From Fonticula alba ATCC 38817 (taxonomy: Eukaryota; Protista; Nucleariida): a stretch of DNA of 64,000 nt. A program made the position numbers and the translations under genes. Shown here piece by piece: positions 1-12,297 of the stretch (position 1 is the first letter of the stretch; each line of letters begins with the position of its first letter). Below the pieces are notes generated by a model. It was not told where the DNA came from. It did no database searches and saw nothing but the letters and a program-made list of their open reading frames with translations. The DNA lies in the NCBI GenBank assembly GCA_000388065.2, contig KB932206.1; one strand, 5' to 3'.

Positions 1-101
1 CCCCCCCCCGACGTGTGGCCTCGTCTTCATGTGTTGCCCTGACCTCCCTCCATCTTTGCCTTTCGCCCGCCTGTCCCTCTTCAACTTGGACCCGCTGCCA
101 G

Positions 102-1098
102 TCATCCTCGGGGACACATCCGACCCATCGGCCATCCTGCCCTTCGGCTTGGATGCCGATGTGCTGATTCACGAATCGACCGGCCTGGCGAGCTCCGAGC
201 GACTGCTCCTGTCTCGCGGGCACTCTTCGGCTGCCATGGCTGGGGCGTTCGCGCAAAAGCTGCGTGCTCGGAACTTGCTCCTGAACCACTTCAGCCCACG
301 GGCGCTGCTGGGAGATGTGCGTCTGGGGGGCTGCATTTTGGGATCCAACTCTGTGCTTGGATGGGACATTGGCGATGGCTTCCCTCCCGGTCTCGACTCT
401 TTGCCCCATCTGACCTCTCGTGCACATCATGTCTCCGGTTCCTCCCCCTGGCCCTTTCTCTCTCTCTGTCTCCCGCGGCTCTTATCCGGCGCTCATAGAA
501 TGCAAACTCCAAGAAGGATATGTCTCTCTCCCCGAGCCAGCAGTATATCCAAGAAGCGAAGAAGCATGCCCCGTCCGTGCAGGTCTTCTGCTCGATGGAC
601 TTCGACCGGTACCTGCTGAACATCCCCGAAGCTGGAGAGTCGGCGGACGACCGCCGCGCGGGCTTTGCCCAGCTCTTCCGCACGATCAACCACTTCCGTG
701 TGAGCCGCGTCCACCGAGTCAAGCCATCCCCGCAGTCGGAGTCCGGCTTGCCGGACATCGCGAAGGACGAACTTTCCCTTGGGCTGAATGTGAGCCTGCG
801 AATGCATCAGTACTGCCTGGAGAACCTGGAGTGTCTGACATACTTCAAGGCGTCCGAGTCGCTTGAGCGTCTGATGCTCGCCAAGCAGCAGCTCCAAGGC
901 CTGCCTCAGGCACAGGAGCCCGGTCCTCTGAAGGAGGTCATCGACGTCCTGGAGGAGGAGCTTTCCAACTTGCGCGATCGAGTGAACCTGACAATGCCCC
1001 CGATGGCCGAGAGCCTGGAGGAAGATTCGACCGGGTACCTGGACACGCTGGAGGAGGACATGCCGGAGCCCGCGGTGGCCACCGGCAACAGCGCCTAA
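102..1098 (+). CDS. Ribonuclease Z (tRNase Z/ELAC, metallo-beta-lactamase fold), 3' part, with ~160-aa C-terminal extension; 5' exons lie before the window
   Basis: Exons 102-316 and 499-1098 join in phase 0 (GAT|gtgcgt...catag|AAT). Motifs ILGDT, DADVLIHEST, RGHS, LLLNHFSPR and the terminal EAKK..VQVFCSMDF match RNase Z C-terminal motifs. Confidence 0.85.
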
Positions 1099-1446
1099 GT
1101 CGCCGGGGGGCCATTCCCCACCCAGGCCCCTTTTCTGCGACACATGTCGGCTTGATGGCCCCTTGCCTTTCTTCCCTCCCCTCCTCTCTCGACTTCTCCG
1201 CGCTCTTCCTGACACCGAGCATGTGCCTGATCAGGACAAATAGAACTCACAGGAACGGGCCATCCCTGGTCTGTTTCTTTGCCAAGTGGGCAAGAGGGGG
1301 GGGGGGGGATACTGCATATGAGTACATTTAATTTGCTTTTTAGATTTTTTTTTCGGGAGGGGATTAGGAAAGGCCACAGGGGCCAGCCCAGGGAACAGGC
1401 GGAGGCGGAAGAGACGGTCCAACGGCGGTCGAGCCCCGGGGGAGGC

Positions 1447-2055
1447 TCAGAAGTCCACGGACGAGCGCTCGGTCACCTTGCGCCGGGCGAAGGAGCTCCG
1501 AATGAAGGCCGACCCGATGACAGTCCGCCCGGTGACGGGGTCAATGCGCAGCAGATGCGACCCGGGGAGCTGGACATCGGGGAACTGCTTGAAGTCGGCC
1601 ACCATCTCGGCGGCGGTGGAATGGCGCCCGCCAATGGTGGCCAGCTTGCGGCCCACACCGAAGCCGATGTGCAGCTGCTCGGCCTCGTCCGGGGTGAAGA
1701 CCCCCCGGTCGTGGCGCAGGTCCATCTCGAAGCGCCGCCGGTGCCGGGCGTACAGGATCGCCTGGCGCACATAGATGCGTGCCGTCAGGAAGAAGACCCC
1801 CGCCACGAGGATGCCCACGGCGGCCGAAGCGTGCGGCCGCCGCTTGATCGATTCCCACAGGCTCAGCTGCTCGGTGGGCATGTTGTGGCCCATGCGGATG
1901 CCCCCCTCCTCGAAGGGGAAGAGCGCGCGCTGCGACTTGTCACCGGACACCTCGGTCTCCAGGGCAGCCAGGACATTTTGCGCCACCGCCACCGAGGGGG
2001 AGTCCCCCTCGAAGGAGGGATCAGCAACAGCCAGGACGTCGGGCTGATTGGACAT
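1447..2055 (-). CDS. Hypothetical single-pass membrane protein (~202 aa), intronless
   Basis: ORF from ATG 2055 with C/G-ending codon bias. One hydrophobic segment (AAVGILVAGVFFLTARIYV) followed by a basic patch. No family recognised. Confidence 0.65.
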   Translation of the reverse strand: MSNQPDVLAVADPSFEGDSPSVAVAQNVLAALETEVSGDKSQRALFPFEEGGIRMGHNMPTEQLSLWESIKRRPHASAAVGILVAGVFFLTARIYVRQAILYARHRRRFEMDLRHDRGVFTPDEAEQLHIGFGVGRKLATIGGRHSTAAEMVADFKQFPDVQLPGSHLLRIDPVTGRTVIGSAFIRSSFARRKVTERSSVDF

Positions 2056-2646
2056 GGGGATTTCCGCGGGAGGGGCGAGGGGCGGCGGGGGGAGGACCGT
2101 GGGCGCACGTGGCGGCAATATGAGAAAAAAAGGTCAAACGGGGGAAGTGACTGGGAGGGGAGACTGCTGCGGCAGCATCCGGGCAGCGAGGGGAGAGGGG
2201 GTGTGTTGGTGTTGCTCCCCCGGGGCCTGGCCTCGAGGCCGGGAGGATGGTCGCTCTTGGCGGCGAACCAAACACGCCCCCGCTCGCGCCCGGCGCCCCC
2301 CCCTCGCCCTGCCCCCTCCGTGAACCCCGGCCAGCCTCTCACCGCGGGAGGAACGTGCCGATCGCATGAGCGTTGGGACCTGGGCCCTGCCATGCGTCCA
2401 ATCCCCCGGGACGGGGCGGCCACGTCCCCCCCCCCCCCCCCCAGGGATCTGGTCACCGGGCTCGTGGCCCGGGGGTTGCCCGCGCCCTCAGAAGGGGGGG
2501 GGGGGGGGATTGGCAGGAGAGTGGGAGGACCGGCCCGGCCGTTTGAAGAGCGCATGCGGAGAAGATCGCAGACGAAGGCTCGCGAGCACACGCGCCACCA
2601 GATCCTCTCCTCCTGTTGCCGCCACTCCCCTCTTTGCATACTCCCA

Positions 2647-3925
2647 ATGGTGCGGCGTCCCTCTCCCACACCATCCTCTCTCCTCTCCCTGTCTTATTTT
2701 CTCTTTCCCCTCCTCTCTCTCTCTTCCTCTCATCATCTTCCCCTCCTCTCTCTTTCTCTCGGTTTCCTTCTCCCTGCTTTTGTGTCTTCCCCCCCCCCTC
2801 CCCTTCCTTCTGCCCTCTCAGCTCACCCCTCCCCCTTCCTCCCCTCCCCCTCCAGACCAAGCTCAAGTCCCTGCAATCGCGCATGGTCAAGTCCGTCAAG
2901 GACCTGCGCGGGAGCCAGGCGCACCCGAACTCCCGCGCTGCGGCCAAGTTCTCGCGCTCCAGCCAGCGTAACAACAAGCTCCAGACCAAGCGCAAGGACC
3001 GCGACAGTCGCGATGTCGAGAGTACGGAGCCCCCCCCCCACCCCCACCCCTCCCTCCTTCCCCTCCGCCACTGGCAAAAGAGGGGCGAAGTCGCCGAGCG
3101 ACGGCCGTACATGGCCCGACCACCTGGACTGACTCACACATCCCTCCCGTCCTCCTTCCGTCTCCCTCCCTCGCCGCTCGCTCCCCGTAGCCCAGCGCTT
3201 CCTCTGGATCCAGGATAACCTGCCGGCCCATGCCGAGCACGACGGTATCACGCTTGAAGACATGGATGCCATGATCACCAGGTCCGAACAGATGCATGCG
3301 CACCCCTCCCCCCCCCCTCCTCCCCTGTGGCGTTTCCGTCATTCTGACTTGCTGCCCCTTTTCCCTCTGTCTTTCTCCCCTGCCCCCCTCCCCCCTTTCT
3401 GGTTTGACCTCCCCCGGACCAATGCCGCGCAGCTTCATCTCCCGGCATGTGGATGCCCTGGTCGGGGGCTCGGCCCGGCCCGTGGCTGCTGGGCCTGGCG
3501 CCGGCAAGCGTCGGACGGCCAGTGCGGCCGACTCGCGTGCCACCTTGGCCGCGGCCACGATCAAGGCCAATGAGGCCTCCTGCCGGGCCGGGCATTGGAC
3601 CGTGCCGGATCTTTTCAACAAGCCGGCCGCCTGCCGCGCTTTTCTGTCCGTGCCCAAACTTCACATTGCCCGATGTCGCTCCTGCTCTTCTGTGGGCCCA
3701 CCTGACACACGACTGACCGCATGACCCTGTAGCCTCTGGAATGGCGACCGTGGCACCCTGAAGCACGTTGCCAATCTGGTCACCTACTTCCCGGCCGATG
3801 TGCGCAAGGAGCGCGGCATCGAGTCTCTGGCCTCTTCAGAGCCCGAGCCGACCCCCGCCGACAAGCCGACGACTGGTGCCGCCGATGCCGAGCCAGCGGC
3901 CGACAACAGCATGTCCACCGACTGA
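2647..3925 (+). CDS. TMA16: Translation machinery-associated protein 16 (pre-60S factor)
   Basis: Five exons joined in phase (ATG|gtgcgg micro-exon at 2647, then 2856 onward). Motifs HPNSRAAAKF, QRFLWIQ, GHWTVPDLF and LWNGD are typical of Tma16. The ATG micro-exon is inferred. Confidence 0.85.
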
Positions 3926-4236
3926 GTAGCTCTCCTCGTGCCAGGGGTATGCGCGGGTGCAGCTGTGCTCTCGTACCGTCTCTCTTCCTCGGACAGGAGG
4001 GGCATCGGCATCGTTGCTCGTGCTCTTCCCCCGCTGTACTCACACTCGGCTGCTTCTCCTCCAGGGTGATGGCGCCACAAAACAATGAAATCTCCACGCG
4101 ATGATACAAGGACACGGGTGTATTTTTGTTTTTTTGCCAGGCCAGGGGGGAGGAAGGGGACACCCTTTGACGTCTCTCGGGAGTTCATCTTCCTTTGGCG
4201 GCCTGTGTATCCTCCCCCTTCTCGAGGCTATGTGGG

Positions 4237-4242
4237 AATAAA
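4237..4242 (+). promoter_or_regulatory. Candidate polyadenylation signal AATAAA for TMA16
   Basis: AATAAA ~310 nt after the TMA16 stop in otherwise GC-rich DNA. Confidence 0.35.
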
Positions 4243-4273
4243 GGGGGGGGGGGAACGAGCGCGCGGCAGGCCG

Positions 4274-6850
4274 TCAGCCGCCCTGAGGCGACCGAGGTCG
4301 AGGGCCACCGCCACCGGTGGATGGCGACGGAGCCGTGTCGGCTCGGAGCATGGGTGGCGTGCGGCGGGTCTTCGGCGACCCGGGGGCCGGGGCCGGCCCC
4401 GACGCCCTCGGCCGACCGAAAAGCCCGCGCACCAGCTGCCAGGTAACCAGTCCCTGGATCAGCTCATAAACCAGGCCAACAGCCAAGGCCAGCACAACCA
4501 ATGGGGACCTGGGGATCGCATGTGCGTGCGTGCGTGCGTGCGGGTGAGAGACGCCAAAGGTAAGGACAGGGCGAGATGATAGGAGGGCGGGGCGAGGAAA
4601 GCAGCCGATGGAGGCCAGGTCCGAGAGACGCACCTCCGGAGGGGGAAAGGCGGCGCAAGGCCACCAACCCAGCCCAGCCACCGGGGGCTGTCGAAGGGCC
4701 CCGCCGAGGAGGGTGCACTGTTGGTCAGCAGCCCGACATCACAACGCCACAGACTCCACAGGACCATGTTATAGATGACATGTCGGCTGATGATCCAGGC
4801 GAGGACGTGTGCATAGCGGCTGTTTAGGTGGGCCCCATTGGTGGGGAGGGCGTATGGGGGGGGGGGGGGGGAGGGGGGTCAGAAAAGAGCAGCCCAAGAG
4901 AAAGAGGCAAAGAACAAAGGCGAGGCCTCGACAGGGGGCCGGGAAATCAGGCAGCAGGGGAAACGTACAAGACCAGGGCAAAGCGCGGGCGCTGGAGAAC
5001 CGCGCAAATGACCCGCGCATGGCGCAGGGCAGCGGCCGAGTCGAATGCCAACAGCAGAACAAGCTCCGCACGGGTGAAGCTACAAGGGCTGTGAGAAAAG
5101 GACAGAGGCTAGCCCCGACATGGAAGCAGGCTCGTGGCGGGCAGGTCACATTTTTCACATTTTCCACAAACACACACACACACACACACGCGCATACACG
5201 TACCCAGAGAGGTAGGCAATCCAAAGGAGGACAACGACCGAGGCCTTCATCAGCAGTCGTGCTGGGGTGAGAGGCGGCGTCCCGCGAGCCATCTCCCGAC
5301 CGGCGATGCGGCTAAGCAGTCGTGAGGTGGTCTCCTTCAGGTGGAAGGCAATCTGCGTGCCGGGGCGCCGAAGAGGGCGGGCAGGGTTGGCATCCAAGAG
5401 GGAGGAGCCGATCGCAGGCAGCGATCGAGCGCAGCAAGTGCACCCCATGTCAGCCAGAGGGGAAGCCAATGCGGATGTGTGAGTGTCGGCGAAGGGGCGA
5501 CGGGGAGCGAAAGGGCCGCCAAGCCGGCCTGCTTACCTGCATCATGAAGAAGAGCTTCTGCACGCCAGTCAGGTTGCACTGGGGCCAGTCGCGCCAGAGG
5601 AGCTCCGTCGGCATGAGCAATGTCAGGGGCCGGAAGTTCCAGATGCTGATAATTGAGACACCGGCGTGGAAGAGGAAAAGCCGAGTGGCATCCTCCAGGA
5701 TCCGGGCATTGATTTGCCGGCGGCCAGTCGGCCCACTAGACAGTGATGGTGTCATGGGACTGCCGGGAGCCGGGGAGAGATCCATCTGGTTGACACTGGC
5801 CAGGTCGGTCGGGTTGGCGGGATAGAATGCGTGGACGATCTTTGGGGAGGGGGGGGGGGGGCGGGGGGGGGATGGGGGGTCAGACATGCCAGCAGCTCGG
5901 GAGGGAAGGAGAGGTGTTTCAAGGGGCCGGTGGAGATGGAGGGAGGGAGGGGAGAGAGAGAGACAAGGAGGAGGGGCGGATGAGGGACGCACCGTCTTGA
6001 AGGCGTCGCGGAAGGCCGCATCGAAGGCCACCAGCACCGCGGCAAAAAAGAGGATGTTGGTAAAGTCGCGCCCAGCCACCGGGGAGTAGCGCGGCGTGAA
6101 TTGCCCAAGAGGAGAGTCAAAGCCTATGTCGAGGGAGAGCGAGCGTGCGTGTGGATGTGTACATGTATGTCAGAGACAGAGCGAGGAGGAGCAGGCGGCA
6201 GAGAGTGAGGAGGGAAGCAGGAAGCGGAGGGGGCCAGAGGGAAGTGAAGGCCCCGGAGAAAGGGGACGAAACACGGGGAAGTGTGTGTGCATGGAAGCCT
6301 CTCGCAAAGGGGAGGAGGGATGGAAAGCAAGCGCGCCCGACGCACTCGATGGTGGATGGTAGCCCCCGAGCTCAACCCAGGGCGCGGCGAAGGGATACAG
6401 CGAGTCGAGATTGTAGCAGAACAACACCACGATGATGAAGATGACCGCCGCCACCGGAGCATAGTCATCCAGCCAGCAGCCCCAGCTGTCATCGGTCGGC
6501 AGGTGGATGTAGTGTAGCCTGGGCTGGTTGACTGACGGCTGGGGGAAGATGCTGCGCGGGGAGAAGGAGCTGACAATCGGAGCGCCATCCCCGGTGCCGG
6601 CAGGCCGACCGAGGCTGCCCGAGCCCGGGGTCGGGGCTGGCGGGTGCTGCGGGCGCGAGCGTAGCCCCGCCGCCGCCGCGGCCGGCACACGCTCGTGCGC
6701 CGAAGCCGAAATGACCGTCGACACAGTGGCCCCGGATTCCGATCCCTCCTCCGGGGAGTTCAGCGGCGGGCTCGGGGCGAGGCCGGAGCTGGCGAAGTAG
6801 TCCCCGGCATTGACGGGCAGGGCCTCGGAAGAGGGGGGAGGGGAGGTCAT
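4274..6850 (-). CDS. TLC-domain (TRAM/LAG1/CLN8) multi-pass membrane protein, ceramide-synthase-like with degenerate Lag1p motif
   Basis: Seven exons rebuilt. Segments GRDFTNILFF, LWRDWPQ..QKLFFMMQIAF, SFTRAELVLLLAFD and WIISRHVIYNMVLWS align with yeast Lag1/Lac1 (e.g. WIYLRH..LKILWS). ATG 6850, TGA 4274. Confidence 0.8.
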
Positions 6851-7363
6851 GACCGGTGGGAGGTCACGCAGATGCCTAGTCGGGGCGAGGACACGCGCAT
6901 CCGGGGATGCAGGAGTCTGTGGGAAGGTGCCAGACAGGCGGGAGCCGAGGCGCGCAAAGCGTGGGGAGGAGGGGGAAGGAGAAAGAGAGAGAGAGAGAGA
7001 GGAAGAAGGGAGGAGCAAGGCAGGAGAGGGAGGGAGGCCAGCCCAGGCGAGGATGGGGAAGCCAGGAGGGGACAAGTGGGGGGGGGAGGGATCTAAATGG
7101 GCTCAGCAGCAAGGGGCGAGGGGCATGCACCAGTGTCCAAAGAGTCGCGGGGGCCAAGATTAATCGCCCCTCTAGGCTCATTTGGCCGGGGTGGTGCTGG
7201 TCAGGGGCGATCTCGCCTCGAGGCGAGCAGGGAGATAAACGCGGGATGTCCTCTCCTGGCACCGGGACCCACGGTCCGGGTCACCATCCCCCAGAATGCC
7301 CCCCTCCGCCCGCCCGCTCCCCCGCCCCCCNNNNNNNNNNNNNNNNNNNNNAAAAGGTCAGAA

Positions 7364-7411
<48 letters not shown>

Positions 7412-8004
7412 GGGGTGGGGGTGGCAAAAAAGGGCATGGGCCCCCGGCCCCGCCCGCCCCGCACGCCGAATGGCCGGGGGGCGGGGGACGGTTGGCCCGT
7501 CCTCGTACGCGCGCGCGCGCACGCATACCGGCGCGCGAGAGCCGACCCCGCGCTGGCATCCTGCAGGACTGTCCCGCCAGGAGGGGCGGGCGAACTGGCC
7601 CGCCCCAGGGGCAGGGTCTCCCAATGTAATGTGCACGGCAGCTGCCCACCCACAGTCGCACGACAACGGCCCCCCCCCCCCCCCGGGGGTGGTAAATCCC
7701 CCACTTCCCCCGCGCCTCTCCGAAAAAGGATGGGGCCCGGACGCAAAGAGAAGAGAGGGCCGGCGAAGGAGGAAAGGGCCAGCGCGGGAAGAGAAAAGGA
7801 AAAGAAGCATGAAAGTGATAGATCGCCCGGAGGCCGGCGGCAGGGCCGGCGGCTGGAGGCTCCTTTATATTGGCCCCAGGACAGGGGACAGGGAGGGGGA
7901 GGAGAGAGGGCGGGGGGAGGACCGCCACATGGCGGTCGGCGCGCGTCCCAGGCCGCCCACAGGCACGGCGTGTCGAGGACGGCGGAGAAGCCCCGACACC
8001 CGCC

Positions 8005-11000
8005 CTAGTGCTGTGTCCACTGGTGGAAGAAGTCATTCTCATCCAGGATGCGGATGCCCTCGCAGAAGTGCGACACATTGACCAGCCCGGTGCCGGAGGA
8101 GTCGAGGGTGCGCCAGCAACGCTCCGCCTGGTGGTCGGTCAGGTGCGTGAGGCCGAACTCGAAGAGGAGCTCGAAGAAGTCCAGCTTCGTCAGCAAACCG
8201 TCGGCGTCCGAGTCGAACATGGTGAACAGCGACCGGGCCGCCGCCTCCTGGCGCTCGTCCCAGATGATGACCCCCGGCACGTCGGACGAGATGGCGATGT
8301 GGCTCTGGGCCAGCGGCAGGTCGCCGACGGCCGGCCCCCCGGCCAGGGCATCCCCCGACGTCACACCGCCGGAGCTCGAGATCACACTCGCCGGGACCGG
8401 GCCGATCAGACCACCAACACCGCCGGTGAACTGGCTGGCGCCCGCGCCGGAGCCAGAGGCCGACCCGGCCAAGGCACCGCCGGTGGCACCGGCTCCGGGG
8501 CCGGCCACCGGGGACGCTGGGGCCGAGGAACCCGGCGAAGTCGGACCCACCCCGGCGGAGGACACCGACGATGTCGGCCCAAACAAATCCCCCGAGGGCC
8601 TGGGATCGCCGGTGCCCAGGAAGCTACCCCCATCCAGCACGGTCACATACCGGCAGGGGAAGGTCCCACTGCGGCGATTGGCCAGCGAGCCGACCCACGT
8701 GCCGCCGGCATTCTTCTTGTGGATCATCACCACATCCCCACGACGGAAGCCGAGGGCCCCCTCGTCATAGGCATTCGGCGTGTAATCCTGCGTAGCCCGG
8801 GCATAGAAGATCACCGGGCCCAGGGCCGGGTGTGCCCACCGGGGCCCGGCGCCGACATCCTCCAGAGGAGCCGACGCCGGCGAGCTACTTGTCGAGGAGC
8901 TTACCGAGGAGGCCACCGATGAAGGCCCCTGGCCGGGGGTGCTGGAATCGAGGCCGGCACCACCGCCACCAGTGGCAATCGTGGCACTGCTGGCGCTGGC
9001 GCTGGCGCTGGCGCTGGCGCTGGCGCTGGCGCTGGTCCTGCCGCCACTGCTGCTGGCAACGGCGGCGGCGGCGGCGGCGGCACCGCCACCACTGCTACCG
9101 CCACTGCGCTGGAAGCGTTGGACCACCTGCTTGCGGATGCTCTTAAAGTGCAACTGGCGGCGGGGATTGGCGGCCTCGGTGGCCGGGTCGGCTTGCCTCT
9201 CGACCACGCCACCAGGGGGAGGACTGAAGAAGGAGCAGGGGGGACGAAGAGCGAGCGAGCGAGCGAGCGAGCGAGCGAGCGAGAGGGAGGGAGGGAGGGA
9301 GAGGAATGAAAGGGGAACAGGCGGGGGGTTGAGGTGCGCGTCAGGTCATGGTCAATCGTGGGCAGGATGCCAGGGCCACGCAGGAAGGGCGGGAAGACGC
9401 CAGGGAAGGGGTCAAGAGCGGGTCGAGGACCATCGCCAATGTCGGCCGTACCTTGCATTGCGGACGAGGGACTTCTGCAAGACATCGATCCAGGCCCACA
9501 TTTGCTCATCGGACTGGGCCTGCAGGGTGTGGACACGTCCGGGGGTGCTGATGTCGAAGCAGTGGGGCCGGCTGGTCCGGCGAGAAGACAGGTGGAAAGA
9601 GGCATCCAGCGATATGGATGAGGCCGAGGCACTCGGCGGGTCGTCTTCGTCGGCTCCGGGGCCGGCCGGAGCATCAGCCGTGGCCATGGAATCGGCCGAC
9701 CGATCGCCCGGCTCGGAGGAGGACGGCGGCGACAGGGGCTGTGCCCCCGTGCTGCCATCCGCGGTGGGATCGTCCTCCGCCGCGCCGGGGCCCTGGGCCG
9801 CCGTGGCGCTCGGCATGATGGTCAGCTCGGCCGAATTCGGCGACACCAAACGAATGAGGCCCAGCGGCTTGGCCGGGTCCGAGGACGAGTCCCGGTAGTA
9901 GGCCAGCGTCGACTCGCGCAAGACGAACCAACGATGCTTCCAGCTCCGGATGGAGCCACCCTGCTTGTGCAAGTAGCCCTCCTTGGAGATGTGCTGCGTG
10001 TGTGGGAGAGAGAGAGAGAGGGAGGGAGAGGGAGGGAGAGGGAGGGAGAGAGAGAGGGAGAAAGAGGAGAAAAAGAGACAGGAGAAAAAGAGACAGGCGA
10101 AAGAGAGAGAGAGAGAGAGAGAGGAGGAAAAGAGAGACGGAGAGAGGGAGGGAGAGAGAGAGGAAGAGTGAGTGAACGTGTCCATCCACCCATGTTCGTG
10201 AAAATGGGCGCGCCAGCGAGCAGGGGGGGGGGGGGCCATGCTATCCCGGGGGCCAGGAGGGGGAAAAATCATGGAGGCACGAGGAGCAGGGATGCGCGGA
10301 GGGAAGCCCAAGGACACGGCCATGTCGCGAGGCTGGAGGCCATGCAGCAAGAAAAGCCAAATGCACGCCGACAAGGGGGCGAGGACGCACCGCGGAGCGC
10401 AGGAAGGCACTGATTTCCTCGACCGAGGTCGGTGGCTCGGCCTCCTGCTGCGCATCATCCAGGTCGCTATGGAAGCCATCATTCGAGGGAATCAGCGACA
10501 GGTGGCTGGACGAGTGCAAGGTCAGCGGGAAATCCCCGTCAGAGTCCGAGCCAGATGCCTCGTCCGTGTCCGACAGACCGGCATCCGACAGATCCATCGC
10601 CGTGGTGGGATGGCCAGCCAGGGAGCTGGGCACACGCAGATGCGGCGCCACGCCGCGCGCCGGCAGCAGAGCCGACGGGGTGGGCGCGCTGCTTGCCGGG
10701 GGGACGATGAGGACCGGCGCAGAGGCCGGGGCCGAGATGGACCCGGCCATGCTGCTTGCCCGCGACCGCCCGGCCAGCGGGTGGTGAATGGGCCCACAGC
10801 CGAGGACCCCGGGGGCCAGACGCCCGAGCAGGGCCAGGGTCCGACCAAATTCCGCGTTGGCCTGCTGGATGGCCGTGCGCAAGTGCCCAAACCAAGCCAT
10901 GGCGGCCTCCTGGTCTGGGGCATTAAAAAGAAACACCCGATTCGGGGTGGTAATCTCCAGGAGGAACTCCCGGTCCTTGTCCCGGTCACCGGCGGCGGCG

Positions 11001-12297
11001 CTGGTCCCGCCGGTCGAGGCGGCGCTGGCCAGGCTCACCTGCGAAGCGGAGTGCGCCGTCTGGGATGCCAGCGAGGCTGTGCCGGGCTCCATGTCACTGG
11101 CGTCCGGATTTTGCGGCGAAAACTCCCGGCCGCCGGCAGCCCAGCGCAGATTGGACACCAGGCCCAGGTCCAAGATGCCGAGCGATTCGCGCTGGGCCTT
11201 CCCATCGCGATAGTAATACAGCGCGTGATCCGAGCGCAGGACAAACCAGCGCTTCTTCCAGGACTGCCAACAATCGAGCCGCCAATGGGCATGGAGTTAG
11301 CCAGCCGACCCGGGAGATGAGATGAGCGGGCGGGCCGCAGGGCACACGGGGAGGGGGAGGAGCAGGGGCAGGAGGAGGACATGCACGAAAGAGAGGCGGA
11401 AAGGGGGCGCCCCCTCCCCCCCCCCCTCCCCCAGGGGCCCGGAGTCAGGGCGATAACATACCTTAAAGGCGCCACCCTGCTTGACCATGAAGCCGGTGTT
11501 GATGGTTTCCGGGATGGCCGGCGACGAGAAGAGCGGCAGACGGTGCTGCGTCAGCAGAGCGAGGGCCGCCAGCCACCGGGCGGCCGGCGGGTCGGACGGA
11601 TCGGTCGAGGCGTTCAGGTAGTAGATCCGGTCCGGCATGCGGATGGTGAAGGAAGTGACATCGGCCCGCGCGGTGATCCAGTCGGTGTAGGTGCCCTCGG
11701 GATGGCCGATCCCCGCCGGGGGGCTTGGATCAAAGTTGTACACCGTCCGAAGCCAGATACACCCGAGCGGCTGCGACCCGGACAGCTGCTTGGCCGGCGT
11801 CTTCCAGTAGGCCAGCTGGGTCGGGGTCAGAACAAACCACCGGCGCTTCCAGGACTGGATGGACCGGGCGGGGNNNNNNNNNNNNNNNNNNNNNNNNNNN
11901 NNNNNNNNNNNNNNNNNNNNNNNNNNNNNNNNNNNNNNNNNNNNNNNNNNNNNNNNNNNNNNNNNNNNNNNNNNNNNNNNNNNNNNNNNNNNNNNNNNNN
12001 NNNNNNNNNNNNNNNNNNNNNNNNNNNNNNNNNNAAAAGGTCAGAATCCCCCCCCCCCCCCCCCCCCCGCCGCTCTACTCCCTACCCCCCTTACCCTAGT
12101 GTAGCCCTCCGTGCCTTTTTTCTTGTCCTGTTCTTTTTTTTTCTTTGGGGGGGGGGGGGGGGGGGGGGGAGGCCGGCGGCAAGGGGCGAAGTGTCGGAGA
12201 TCGGTCAGCAGGGCGGGGGGGAGGTCACTGCGCGGGACAGGAGGGAGGGCCGTACGCCGACTCCCTCAAACTCGAACTCGTCCTCGACGTCGGACAT
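8005..12297 (-). CDS. Multidomain signalling protein: PH-PH-PH-SH3-EF-hand pair; 5' part interrupted by gap 11874-12034
   Basis: Three PH signatures (SWKRRWFVL, GFMVKQGGAFKSWKKRWFVL, GYLHKQGGSIRSWKHRWFVL), an SH3 (ARATQDY..ALGFRRGD..WVG..GTFPCRYV) and EF-hand loop DSDADGLLTKLD. Three junctions checked in phase (AFK|SWK, RSA|HIS, NA+S|PPP). Start at 12297 (MSDVEDEFEFEG) is tentative. Confidence 0.85.

Noticed and set aside
1279-3132. 617-aa plus-strand ORF and similar long ORFs (35949-37457, 48556-51459, 27749-29455, 38786-40216)
   Set aside because: They are antisense or shadow frames of real genes. High GC suppresses stops, and the translations are R/G/P-rich with no motifs.
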